43,747 nt of DNA. Origin: Rotaria socialis (Eukaryota). Numbering within the stretch: the first letter of the stretch is position 1; every line of letters starts with the position of its first letter. The notes below the pieces were generated by a model. It did not search any database. It was given only the letters and a program-made list of their open reading frames with translations, and was not told the origin of the DNA. Location of the stretch: positions 1 to 43,747 of the forward strand of contig CAJNYD010000038.1 of the NCBI GenBank assembly GCA_905331295.1, written 5' to 3'. Positions 1 through 12,091 of the stretch are shown here, piece by piece. The translations under genes and the position numbers were made by a program.

Positions 1-470
1 CAAAATATGTGCATCATGACTGAGAACAATAGCTTGTAAGATAGAATCATTAAAAAATAGATCTCGAATCATCTCAATTGTTGCATCTCGTCTGTAAGAA
101 TCAAAACTTGTAACTGGATCACCAAAGACCAATGTCGGTCTCGTCACTGTGGTGAATGAACCCTGAATAGCATAATCAAGTTTCGTCAGAAAAAAATGCT
201 AGAGCTATGGCACTCCGACCATCTTCACTCAGAAACTCAGCATTAATTGGGTTTAATATTAGCAGAGGATGCTTGGCAGGAATATCATATGTGATAGTTC
301 TAGTTTGATGAATGTCGGACCTTGTAAATTTCCTGATGTAAGCAAAACAGTTAGAAAACCTATATCACTGACTTGAGAGTTAACCTGACAGGGTTTATAT
401 GAAGATTTTGTAGCTGAAAATCAGCACACAACTTTTGAAGATGCTATTTGTAACGGTATTTACCGCTACG
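1..470 (-). pseudogene. Decayed C-terminal part of a bacterial-type AAA_13/RloC-like ABC ATPase; runs off the left edge of the window
   Basis: Minus-strand translation gives EFLSEDGRSAIALAFF, then a +1 T frameshift in the 7-nt run at 190-196, then LTKLDYAIQGSFTTVTRPTLVFGDPVTSFDSYRRDATIEMIRDLFFNDSILQAIVLSHDAHIL. This matches the order ABC signature (LSEG..A.A.AFFL), Walker B/D-loop (hhhDDPxxSxD) and H-loop (IVLSHD). A further fragment, HLQKLCADFQLQNL, lies near 400-445 in another frame. Confidence 0.65.
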
Positions 471-548
471 GCTCATTTTATGTACTTTATCCTCTTCGCT
501 GTATCCTATGTCTGTGCAGTGACCTGAGGAACTCTCATTGTTCTATTG

Positions 549-705
549 CGTGACCGTTCCCTCTTTGTCTATATCCGCCCAAGCGTGGTCACTCTCGCGT
601 ATATAAGTGAATGTAAGTAAAGGAAATGCACGACTAGAGATGTGCAGATGACACAATACACCATCATGCCGACGGGCATAGGCGACACTCTCTATGTTCG
701 TCACA
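549..705. mobile_element. Possible short solo-LTR-like insertion
   Basis: Ends are CGTGAC...GTCACA (TGTGAC/GTCACA with one change). Flanks are CTATTG (543-548) and CTATTT (706-711). There is an internal TATATAA and higher GC than the surroundings. Confidence 0.4.
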
Positions 706-1135
706 CTATTTACTTGTATGAGAATGGTTAATATGATATTTTTCCTCACATATTTAGGAAAAAATCCGTATTAAAATGCAAAGAGAGCACTAAACTACTT
801 TGCAAATATGAAACAATTTCAAATTTCAAACATAAAATAATAATCCTAAGAAGCAATTATTCGCAATCGAAAGCGTTAAAATGACTACATATATGAGTAA
901 TTTTAGACTACTTAAAAAAATCAATTTCAAAGAGTTCAAGCAATAAAAATATCTTTTTCGGAAGTTTCTAGATTTTAATAAAACACATTTTTTATATCAT
1001 GATTATTCAATGACAATTTCGTCAAATATGACACTAAAGCAAGCTCATGGTGTATAGAAGTAAATAGAAGGTCTACATAGAAAGATGAAACGGATTAACC
1101 ATATACGTGCATTAATTTTGCCGTCAGTTGGTATC

Positions 1136-1209
1136 GGTCCCTTAGCTCAGCTGGTTAGAGCGCCGTGCTAATAACGCGGAGGTCATGAGTTCGATCCTCA
1201 TAGGGACCA
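1136..1209 (+). tRNA. tRNA-Ile(AAT): tRNA-Ile (anticodon AAT)
   Basis: Acceptor stem GGTCCCT/AGGGACC plus discriminator A; D arm GCTCAGCTGGTTAGAGC; anticodon arm CCGTG-CTAATAA-CGCGG; T arm ATGAG-TTCGATC-CTCAT. No encoded CCA. Confidence 0.97.
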
Positions 1210-1210
1210 G

Positions 1211-1219
1211 TTTTTTTTT
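1211..1219 (+). terminator. RNA polymerase III oligo-T terminator of the tRNA
   Basis: T9 run starting 2 nt after the tRNA discriminator base. Confidence 0.85.
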
Positions 1220-3170
1220 CTTCTTTTAACAAAAGTAATTACTCAAGTTAATAATATCCTTCAGAAAAGAAAAAAACAGAATGAACAAAAGCAAACAGAA
1301 CAGGTTAATGTAATTTTAGCATGCTTTCTGTTTCTCTTTATTATCTGAGTCAAATCGAGTTTGATGTTTTCTCTAAAGTCTGAAAGGTATGTGCAAAGAA
1401 ACCAGATGAAAATCTGATTATTGAAGAGATTGACTCTATTTGGATATGATCTCAATATATTAACGCTGTTTTTTTTTTTATAAATTCTACCTTTGTCTTC
1501 CTTTTTCAATGACACTAATTCTTGTGAGTTATTAGATAATTATGAATACAGGCACTAAATAGTGATTCAATTATAGTCAATATGGGTTAACGTATAGTAT
1601 CCTAATATCGTTACAAAAAGACTGTACAAGCGACCGAGACTTTCTTAATATATCTTTGCTATGCATGCTTCCGCTGCTGATCATGGCAGTTATTTACCTA
1701 CTAATTACATGTTACGATATATGCCATCGTATTTCGCTTGAAGAGCGACTCTAGGATTGTGTCCTTTCGATTTGTAAATATCGACAAATATTAGTGAATA
1801 TGTGACAAATGAGAATCACTTCTGTTTCGATTATTGAAAAGATTATCTCGTAATCATCACTTCATAATGCATTAGTTCTGATATGCTTTCTATCTTGTAT
1901 GAATGCGTTTGTCATTGTCAATATTATGTTAATTCTAGATGACATATTCAATGACTCTGGGAATAAGTTAAGTGACAATTAATTTTAATATGAGTACTTT
2001 ATTATTTAAACTATACGATACATTAAATTTATGAAAAAGAAATAGAAAAATAGAAATGACAAACTCATCAAAAATCTTGCATTATACATTGTACACATCT
2101 GTGACAAAAATAAAATAAAATACTCATACCTCAACAAATGAATATCGAAATTCCTCTTTCACAATGTTTTTCTTGCTTCTCGTTATAAACAAATCGAATA
2201 GATATTTCAATGTTAAAATTTATGGAGAATTCTGCATCATGATTTTATAGAATTTTTATTAGGTGAACAGAGTTTTTGATTTCACAGCTACCGAAAGGCT
2301 TCTTTTCGATATATTTTTATTTCGTTCATAGATGGGAAATCAAATAGCAAGATGCCGATTGATATGTACCTATTAAGTATTCAATGCGATCCCCATGTTT
2401 TATTAAACGATTAGAAGCTACAGCTTTCATTGAAGATAGTCAAAGTCTATTTAAGTTAAAAATATTAATTAAAATTATTCAAAATGATTCATGTTACAAT
2501 TGATGATTCTAACAGAATGCCAAATTCGTTTTCTGCTTCACATATTCGCTTGCAAATATCTTACAAAACTGCGAGTAGAGTTAAGCGTGTTGTACGTTTC
2601 TGACAAATCAAACAAGTATTTTAAGAATCAATTGGCACTGCCTTATCGTTGAATTAAATCGATGTATTTCTTTTCGGGTCCATAGCATTTTTCGATAAGA
2701 ATTTCGTTCGTAATAAAAAATTCCCTCTAACCAATCAATTGATTCAGACGTAGGAAATATAATTTATTGAATATCGGCTAAACATGATAGTTTTATCGAT
2801 TGATGTCAAATGAACAAAAATTTCTATTTCAAACGAAATCATTCTATAAATGGGACAACTAAGACTTTCCAAAGATACCTGTTTTAATCAATGATTAAAT
2901 TAATTCAAGCGCACTAAATATTACACAATTCATTGATTCTAACATCAAATACAACAGGACGTACTCATCATACAGAGATCATCGAAAAAGTTCCTTTCTA
3001 AAAAGACATCAAGAACGTGATTAAAATGTTTTCTTGACAAGCAAAATGAAAATTTCTGGACTGATTCATAATCAAATTATACATAGGCATATCAATGCAA
3101 AATAATTTCGCATTGGTTTATGAATAGATGGTTTCAATATAATAACTACATAGATCGTCACCATCTGTCA

Positions 3171-3233
3171 AAATCAAATTTTCGCGATTGAAAATGTTAA
3201 ATCAAATTTTCGCGATTGAAAATGTTAAATCAA
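3171..3233. repeat. Perfect 28-bp tandem duplication (about 2.25 copies)
   Basis: AAATCAAATTTTCGCGATTGAAAATGTT at 3171-3198 and 3199-3226, followed by AAATCAA. Confidence 0.95.
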
Positions 3234-3935
3234 TATTTAGCATCTAATGTGTAAACACCTTTTTCATGACATGATTTACACTGAAAAAACGTTGCTGTCT
3301 TCACACTCCAATGAATATAGACATGATGAGAAAAAAAGACTATTTTTCTTCGTCACGCTGTTCGATTAATACTGACATAAAGGTAAACTCGTTTAACAGC
3401 ATGATCAGGGTACGCGAGCGACTCTATAACAACCAAAACGTTGCATGCAGGCATAGAGTAAAAATATATTCCGTTCTCTTTTTGAAAAGCAACCAGCATA
3501 CATACTACTAATCATTGTTTACGCCTTTACCAAGATATTGACGAAAGAAAATTTGTTCAAATCATCAAGTCTGATTTTTATAACTACGGGGAAAAGTAAT
3601 ATCATACTTAAAATCGAATTATTCTATATTTGCGAATTTTCAAAAAATTATTATTATATATAATTTATTCCTCTCATTTTTGTGGCGTAAATGATACATC
3701 GATTGATTCCATTTTATTTATTAAAACATAATACAAGGTTTACAAGTGAAAAAAATAAAAATAAAGATAAAACTTTAGTAGATTATTGAACGAATAGATA
3801 CAACTAAAGAAATAGTATCATCATATTACATACACTACTAAGCCGTCACACAGCACTCTTTTAGTCGATATGCGTTTATAGGATGCATATCACATGAAAA
3901 ATTGCAGAAAAAGCTATAAACAATGTTATCAATAA

Positions 3936-4271
3936 TTAAACAAAATTGTATACATATGATGTTGCTGATTGTCCAATTCTCACGATGTTGCCATAGACAT
4001 TTCTGCCAAAATTAAGAATTCCACCTCCGATATCGAAATGATTCGGTGGATTTGGTTTTCTCGTTTTGGTACAAGAAGGACCATCCGAGTAAGCTGTACC
4101 GAATGAAGCTTAAAGAGAAAAACAAAGAAAAAATAGAAAGGCAATTAAAAAGAACAAGACAATACGTGGAGTTGTAAACGGCTCATCCATTTCTGCGTGA
4201 AATGGTTTATTATAGGCATGGCTATAGTGCATTGCTACGGGACCGTGGTTGAATAAACGATAAAGTGTCAT
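3936..4271 (-). CDS. Small spliced orphan protein, 92 aa (coding exons 4271-4166 and 4108-3936)
   Basis: ATG at 4271. A 57-nt GT..AG intron (4165-4109) joins in frame to give MTLYRLFNHGPVAMHYSHAYNKPFHAEMDEPFTTPPSFGTAYSDGPSCTKTRKPNPPNHFDIGGGILNFGRNVYGNIVRIGQSATSYVYNFV*. A TATA-like element lies near 4460-4468. Absent from the ORF track because each exon is short. Confidence 0.6.
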
Positions 4272-5121
4272 TGCTGGTCGAGATTGATTTGAAAACGAGA
4301 AATCTTAAAAAAATAGTGACTTTCTGAATATAATTATCGTTTGCATCTGATTTATATACGTCGACAAAATAATTGAAATTTGTCACAGTCGAATCGCTAC
4401 AGTCATGACAAAATCAAAAAATAATGCAGCTTTGTCTCCTTCTCTGAATATTAACCAAATATATATAAGGTGTAGCGAATATTGTTAATGAGATGTGAAG
4501 CCTACTCTAAAATAACACGTACACACAAACGAATCAACTTTTGCGTTCTAGCAAAGCAGTCGTTTTTCAAATGTATAAACATGTCAAGTAAAAAAAAATA
4601 TATTCACCTTTCAACCTGGACTCTGTCTAACATATATTCGTGTATCTGATTTAGATTTAGATATAAAAAAGAATTATTCACTTTAAATAGGACATATTTT
4701 CTATAAATGAATTATCATCTTAAATGTATCTGATGTTGAGTCGTATAGACGAGTTAAAATATTGTACCTTGTATATAATAGAACATGGCCGATCAAAAGA
4801 ATTATCTATATTCTTGTCTGCCATGTTGTAAGTTCATCGTTTTCTATGGTTTTCTGATAACTTCCCATGAAAGAGTGACATCGTTTTTTTCTCTCATATA
4901 TTTTAAATCAAATTCTGCTATATTTTTCATACTGTTTTTAAGGATAAATTCACAACAGAAGAAAAAATCTGGAAATAGATATCGAATGTATACCTTGATG
5001 TTATTATTCGAACAATATTCACAAGCAATTGGTTTTCGAATTTAATTCCTTTATGACATGAGAGAACATTCAAGATTTAAAAAATTACATAGTTAAATCA
5101 CATACACTGGTGACTGGACAA

Positions 5122-6728
5122 CCCAAGACACTCGATCCTGCCTCCGGATCCTGCTGGATAATACAACCGATCGACCCAGACTACCGGATGATCCCGGGTT
5201 CACAAGTGCTTCAGCACATATTTGACCGGATTCCATCAGATTCCGATGACAAGGACCCCACAAACATCTCTCATACAAGCGTTCTTTAATCATAAGATGA
5301 ATCAACTGTAGTATTCAGAAACACGTACACCAACCGAAACGACTACGCCTGATGAATAATGATACATAATACAAATCCTCACCGCTCAAACGGGTTCACA
5401 ACATACATTTCCCCCAACAGCAATCACCCTAAAAAAAATTGTAACCCGAAAACAACAACATCTGACTCACTAATACCCACACTTAGAATGATCCAAAACC
5501 AACCTACTATACATCACATTCATTAAACACATTACCAACCCGTTTATTGCGCCATCTTGTTGCATTTCAGTTTTTGAAAACATATCCCCTGACATCATTT
5601 TGCACCCATCGAAATCATTAATAATTCATAGAAAACGCATCGGAGTATCATTTTGGATGATCACCGCTTTCTTTTTCATTAATCATTACCATTGTAAACG
5701 TCATTGAAGAGTTATCTTGTTGCGTAAACACGAACACAAAATCACTCCAAACATAATTTTTGAGGGATCGAAAAATTCACTAAGACAGAGAATCGTTCAG
5801 AAAAGTAGCTTTTCTTCATGAAACAGGATTTTGAGTGACATCGGAAAACTATTTAATGGTATATGGAATTGTTAATATTATGTGTAAGCAATATTCGAGC
5901 GTCCGCAAAAGCGTTTGTTGGTGATTCGAAGTGGTGTTTTCGGTCTTGCCAGATCGAGGAGACACGTGCTGCCGGCGTTTTAAACGATGTCGAGTTGCAA
6001 GGACGAACAACAGAGTATGCATATATAGCAAGTTTATCTCGCCCTGGGTAATAATAAATGATTCTGGGTTTCTCGTTAGACCTGGAGATGATGGATGAAT
6101 CATGTTATAGTAGCAGGAGTTATGATAAACGACTTGAGTGAAATTCATTCGGGTGGATAACTTCGCGCAGCATCAATAAATACAGGATCATGTTGCTCAT
6201 GTGGATGAACTTCTCATAAATAACCTATTGGATAAACCATAATTTTTAATTTATGCCTATCATCGCTTGTATGAGATGTTAACTAACGGTCTGAATGGAT
6301 CACAAGATCTTTCTTTAGCATCTGGTAATTAGTTGTATATGTTGTTGGTCAGATCTGTGTTTTAGTAAGTGGCTTAATCCGGTGAGTAATACCGTTTGTT
6401 TCTGATACGATCCGATTGGTTCCGGTGAGACTGATTAAGTCGGATCTACCAAGAAATCGAGCGTCATGCGGCACGCAGATTCCGGTAAAGTTTCGTTACC
6501 GGTTTTTGTCGAATCACGTCGTATACGCCCCAATCGTATCATCTAACCTGATATTTTCCGGCAATGTAAATCTGACCGGTTCTCGGAGAATCCGGTAACC
6601 AGATTTGATAAGAAAACAAAGAAAATCATCGGAATTCACCAGAAATTAACCGACCGAATTCGGTCACCATGTGACATCGGAAATATAATCCGTCCGACAA
6701 GATCCGACTGATCGATAATGACCTTGGA
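5122..6728. mobile_element. Degenerate non-autonomous DNA-transposon-like region
   Basis: Both ends (about 5122-5255 and 6375-6728) are dense in GATCC/TCCGG/CCGAT motifs. The termini are loosely inverted (CCCAAGACACTCGATC ... GATCGATAATGACCTTGGA). No recognisable transposase and no clear TSD. Confidence 0.4.
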
Positions 6729-9569
6729 CGGTGCATCTATCTAAAGTCTTATTCAGACGTACAATACGTCTCGTTTTTAGACATAGTGGCCACAGACAGA
6801 AAACCGTCTAAAGATTCTCTTTCTCATAAACTATTATTAAAGCGATTGACCACTAGTTCCAGTTTTTTTTAAATTTCTTTCGTGGTTCTGTTAACATATT
6901 TTTGTTACAGTTGACATGAGAATTTAGTTGAAATTGGAATAATAGATTTAATTAAAGATAAAGAAAATAGACAAAAAAGAGAGCTAAGAAAAGAAAAAAA
7001 AAGATTTTCGAAAATCAAAATGCAAATAACATTATACGAACGATGTGGAAACTTTGTCTATGAGTTAAATTTAGCAAAGTATTGTTGAATTAATCATAAT
7101 TTTAATTTCTTTTTCAAATTGGTGACCAAAACAAAACAAAAAATTTTATTTCTTATTTTTCATTTATCTCAATGCGCTCTCATATCGCTTGTATGCGTCA
7201 TATAGTAATTAATGTATCTTGTTCAACTGATACTTTAATATTAAAAGAAAATAAAATACTTCATAGATTATGATATTAATGTTACATCATCAAATAAATA
7301 CTTTTATTTATCCTAGTTTTACATTCTAAAAAATTTAGTAGAATCTATTAAATTCTAATTTTTTTATTATCATTTCGTTATTAATTTGACTTTTAACAGT
7401 AGATCTTCGTCACTATGAACCAGACAATGATCAACCATAAATTATGATATTTCTTTTATATTAACTTATTTATCTGTTGAACGAAGAACCATTGCCGATA
7501 ATAACACATCAAATGGGCTAATATAAGAAACTTCTCTATTAATTTCATTAAAAATTCAAAAAAAAAATTCCTTTCCTTCCATATCATTCGAATTAAAAAC
7601 CGTTCCATCCCCATCCCAGCTGCTCGAGACCCGTACTTCGAAATAACGATAGCGAAAATCTTCTTCTTTTCTTCGAGTATAGGAAGAAAAACATCAATGT
7701 CCCTATGTCCCAATGTCCCGAGCATTAAAACATGAATATCTATTCAGAATCTTTGTCGTTTTTCTCTCTTCAATCAGAAAAAATAGACACAATTAATCTT
7801 GGGAACAGAAACGTTTTTTTTAGTCTACATGCTGAATCAAATTATCTCATATGACTCACTAACAAAATTTTATTTCTAGGAATCACTTTCTCACAGCATC
7901 TATAGAATAATCAACAATTCCAATCTCAACTAGATTCTAAACTCTACTGCCACATATGCATATATACACCTGTTGTTTACAACGATAAAGTTGCATATAC
8001 CATACGTGATAAACTAAAGCTTTTATTAGACTAATAACTGAATAGTGGTTTACTACCTATCAAGTGTATGTGAACAGTTAAAATTGCAATACATCAATTA
8101 CTCGTACTAGATCTTCACAAATTCGAACTATACACATATCACATATGTTTAAATATTCCAGATGCTTTATGGCCATCATTAGTCAGCGTCAAGTATATAT
8201 AGCAAGTTTCTATTATGCTTATGGTTCAAATATTAAAAAAATACACCACGACTTTATTGATTCATAAATACGAATGATATTAAAAAATATGCTTACTTTT
8301 GTTGATCAATCATTGTAGTAGTGTCAATTCAGGCTGATCTTTTTCAAATGAAAAATATGATCCAGGAGGGACTTTGAAGGTTATGGTGTCGGTGAATAAA
8401 AATAGCATTTTCGTAATTAGCATGATCAATTACCTCATGCCCATTGCGACTTCGGGACGATGCCTCTTACCATAAGCAAAAATAATTTTGAAAAAACACA
8501 ATGCAAAATGAACGAAAAAGACATGAGTTGTCTAATTCAAATTATAGCTAATATAAATAAAGTTCGCAATTCATATCATAATTTTGCAAACGACATTCGA
8601 CCTAACGTAAGGTTGACTTACTAAAAGCAGCATCTGTGATGCTACAGGCACTCTGAAGTATGCTATAGCACCACATTTAATGTAAGCGAGATGTCTATCA
8701 GAATCATATATCGTAGCGTTTGTCAGAATTCCAGTGAACAAGTATTTGCAAAGAGCGTTCCCCTCGGGACTTATCAGGATACTACGATGTATGATCAGAA
8801 TATAAATAACGATCCTTGTCAGTTCTCAGCAGAAAATTAACTTATGGAGTACTACTTTAATTATATAGTACTTCATAATGCTCAGAAAAATATTGGATAA
8901 CGTAACTGATGCTTCTCTATGTAGCATCTGACTTGGTACTTGTAGCAAACCAATATTCTGAAACTTGTGTCTCATGATATAAATTTATACACGGCAGAAT
9001 TGTTGTTTTTGTGCTGCATGCAATTGCTAGCATGTTTTTTTTTCTTCAAATTACAATTATATTTGAGTCGCATTAGACAACTACTCATAGATTGAGTAAT
9101 TACTTTTGCATTCTTACACTATGATCGATTGGTGTGAGAGAAGCCAATAAAATATTCTTTTACCTTTAAAATCTTATTCTTATAGAGGCCCTTTTTTTAT
9201 CATGTATTTATGTTCTGATTGCTTTCGTGAAGTCTTCGATAATTCGTTCTTGGATTGACACAATTTATTTTATAGCAAAGAATTGTTTTATACTAAAGGT
9301 AAATGTTAAGAGAAGTAAAAGCAACATATTAGAGTTTTCTGAGCTTTTAATATGTATGCATACACTTATTATAGACTCCTATGAGGCCAAACTGTTTAAT
9401 TCTATTTCTATGATATTTTGTTTTTTATCATAATCGTAAGAAATACGAATGAAATTAGTTAGTTTAAATAAAAATCTATTATCATTCACTGCTAATATAA
9501 TTTAACATTTTTGAGCAATTTATTGATCACGTGATAGATACATCCTCGTTTAAACCAATGAAGGCTAAT

Positions 9570-9581
9570 TGGAAATTTCCA
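9570..9581 (+). promoter_or_regulatory. kB/NFAT-like palindrome upstream of OTU-RHD-like gene A
   Basis: Perfect 12-bp palindrome TGGAAATTTCCA. Nearby: ATCACGTGAT (9526-9535), TATATAAAA (about 9680) and AP-1-like TGAGTCA (9690-9696). Confidence 0.55.
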
Positions 9582-9955
9582 TCATCAAGGTAGCTTCTAA
9601 AATACTATATCGTGATTTGTTGGACTTATATCCATTCTTCTGTCTCTCTCTCTCTCTGACACGGTAATGATTATTATCATATATAAAAATGAGTCATTAG
9701 CTAAAATAATACAAGAAAAAGTTGAGCATCTATCTATTGACTACAAAATTTGAATATTTATATGAGCAAGTAGTAAATATTTCAACAGTATATAGTAGTA
9801 TTGAATCATATTTTCAGCGATGAGTAATCGATTCTTATAAACAACATAAAATATAATGTTAATTTTTTTCTAAACAAGCATAGTGATTTTAATATTAGTT
9901 TTACATATTTTTCTCATTTTAGAGACTGACATATATTTTATTCTCATTACTTAAC

Positions 9956-12091
9956 ATGGTGTCAACAATAACACATAGCCTCAAACGTAAGACAGTCGAC
10001 GCGAAAAATGAATCACTCTATACAGCAATACGTTTTGCAAATGGTATTATGAAAACGATGGATAACGAAAGGTTTCGTTCTTTGGTGACTTCTAAACTTG
10101 ATCACAAGAACAAACCGATAGATGTAGCTGTCCAACGTAATAAATGTGGTGAAACTATTAGAAAATGTTCTAATACGAAAACTACAACACAAGGCGAATT
10201 ACAAGATCGTGAAAAAGAACTTGATGCTTTGGCAAAATTATGTCGTTTACTGATCTATGTTGTTGTGATAAAACCAAGTTTACGAGGAAACATTATACAT
10301 GTGTTGAATTACGGTGCATTGGCAGTACCATATTCTGAATGTATTTGTATTCTTCGTGAAGAAGAAGAGGATCATTATGATCCTTTGTATGCAGTCAACA
10401 AACAAAATCTCAATGAAGAGATCACGCTTTTTGAACGTGATGAAAGAAACATTTCTGAACTTCTTACGATATTTATTCGAGAAGAACTCCATTGTAAGAA
10501 ATAAGACATATATTTATACAAGAGAATTTTTCTTATTTCTTTCTAGATAACGACGATATACATTCAGATTGCAATAATAAATCGTTTATAAATGAACCAA
10601 CAGCTGGATTAAATGGTAAATAAATAATCTTATTAGCTTTATTAAAATATTTGATTTTAGTCTCAAATGATGCTGATAATATATTTGATATGTTTACTTC
10701 CGGTGCCAATGAAAAATATTCGAACAAACGAAAAGATCTAGGTAGATAATTATTAATCCGTGCATTTTTCTTTAAACTCAAGTGTTTTAATAGATTATGG
10801 CAGTCTTGAATTTGCTGAAACTACCGAAAAACTTTCAGTAGTGATTAATAAACGTCAAAAATGTTCTACGCCAGGTGAATTATTGGGTATGTTGATAACT
10901 TTGATTTTCACGTAATCAATCTTTTCCTTTTTTTTCTATTAGATATGCCCATTCGAGAATCGATAGCTGTTGAGCAAAGTGCAGAAATGGACATTGACAC
11001 TAGTGAATCAAGTGCGTATGCAAAATATGAAAAAGTTTTTTTGGTTAATTAGAATAATGTTAGATTCATTAATAGGTAGTCAATCATCAGAAAATGCTCC
11101 GCAGATTTCGAATAATGAAGAAGAAAACGAAAAAATGCGATTTAAAATTGAACCTCCTTGTACATTTCGTGGTCGTCTATTAAGCGAATTCGAGCCAACG
11201 AAAGTAACAAAACGTAACGGAGAACCATCAGAACCAGGACCACCACGTTATTTTGCCGATGAACAAAATAATAACTATCTCAATCTATTGGTTTGCTCTT
11301 ATAATTAAATATACAATAATTATATAAGCTATGTTTTTTCTTGTCTATAGATTCCAAATTCATATCTTCCAGGTGATATATCTCGATATCGTCTTGAAAT
11401 CTGCTTGGCTACACGAGAAATCGATGGCTATAGATATATTCATCCATATTTCAAATTTCGAGTACAACCAAGGGATCGCAAATCTCTACTGCTCAATCCG
11501 ATATATATCTATTTCGATGATGAACTTAAATTAGAAAAAATATCGGAAGCATTACGACAATTACCGTAATTAAAAACAAAATTCACGAGAACTAATAAAT
11601 ATATAATATGATTATATGTGTAGACTTCAATTCATGATCGTTATGCATACAAATAAGGAGTTGATGGAAAGTGTACAACCGTTAACGGTCTTTTCATCAC
11701 CAACGGATAATAATCGTACGATAAAAAAAGAAAATTTTTTTTTTTTAAATATAAATTACTTTTATAGATAGAAGAATGATAAGAACAAAATTTGATGACC
11801 AGAAAACATTCAAAGACGCTTATCATCTTAATGAAATATTTTTTGCAGTAACATTGTGGAGCAAAAGCCCTGGCGAAAATGAATTCCATCGACATGCTGA
11901 TAAACAATATATTAGCCAGATGTCAGAACAAGATAGACATGTAAAAGCAAATTTTTTATTTTAATAATTTATTTTCGCTTTTTGTTTCTAGGCAAAAGTT
12001 CCGAAGAAAGATACAAAAGAACATATTGCAATTTATGAATATTTGTGCAGTTTTATTTATGAACAGATTGGAAATTAATAGTAAATTTTAG
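9956..12091 (+). CDS. Multi-exon protein: inactive YOD1/OTU1-like OTU domain, linker, divergent Rel-homology-like domain (paralogue A)
   Basis: Ten coding exons join in frame through GT..AG introns (e.g. 10494-10546, 10616-10660, 10742-10793, 11291-11350, 11941-11991); stop TAG at 12089-12091. OTU motifs: NESLYTAI (Cys box with C>S), ELDALAKLCRLLIYVV, HYDPL. C-terminal motifs: FKIEPPCTFRGRLLSE, RLEICLATRE..YRYIHPY, LQFMIVMHTNKEL, YHLNEIFFAVTLW, QYISQMS. The gene itself is well supported; the RHD call is tentative. Confidence 0.8.

Noticed and set aside
7456..7725. 89-aa minus-strand ORF with a GGGACA triple repeat
   Set aside because: No recognisable protein motif or splice structure; more likely a repeat remnant.
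8620..9040. Clustered TGCTA/TAGCA inverted motifs
   Set aside because: Suggests an old MITE, but I could not define termini or a TSD.
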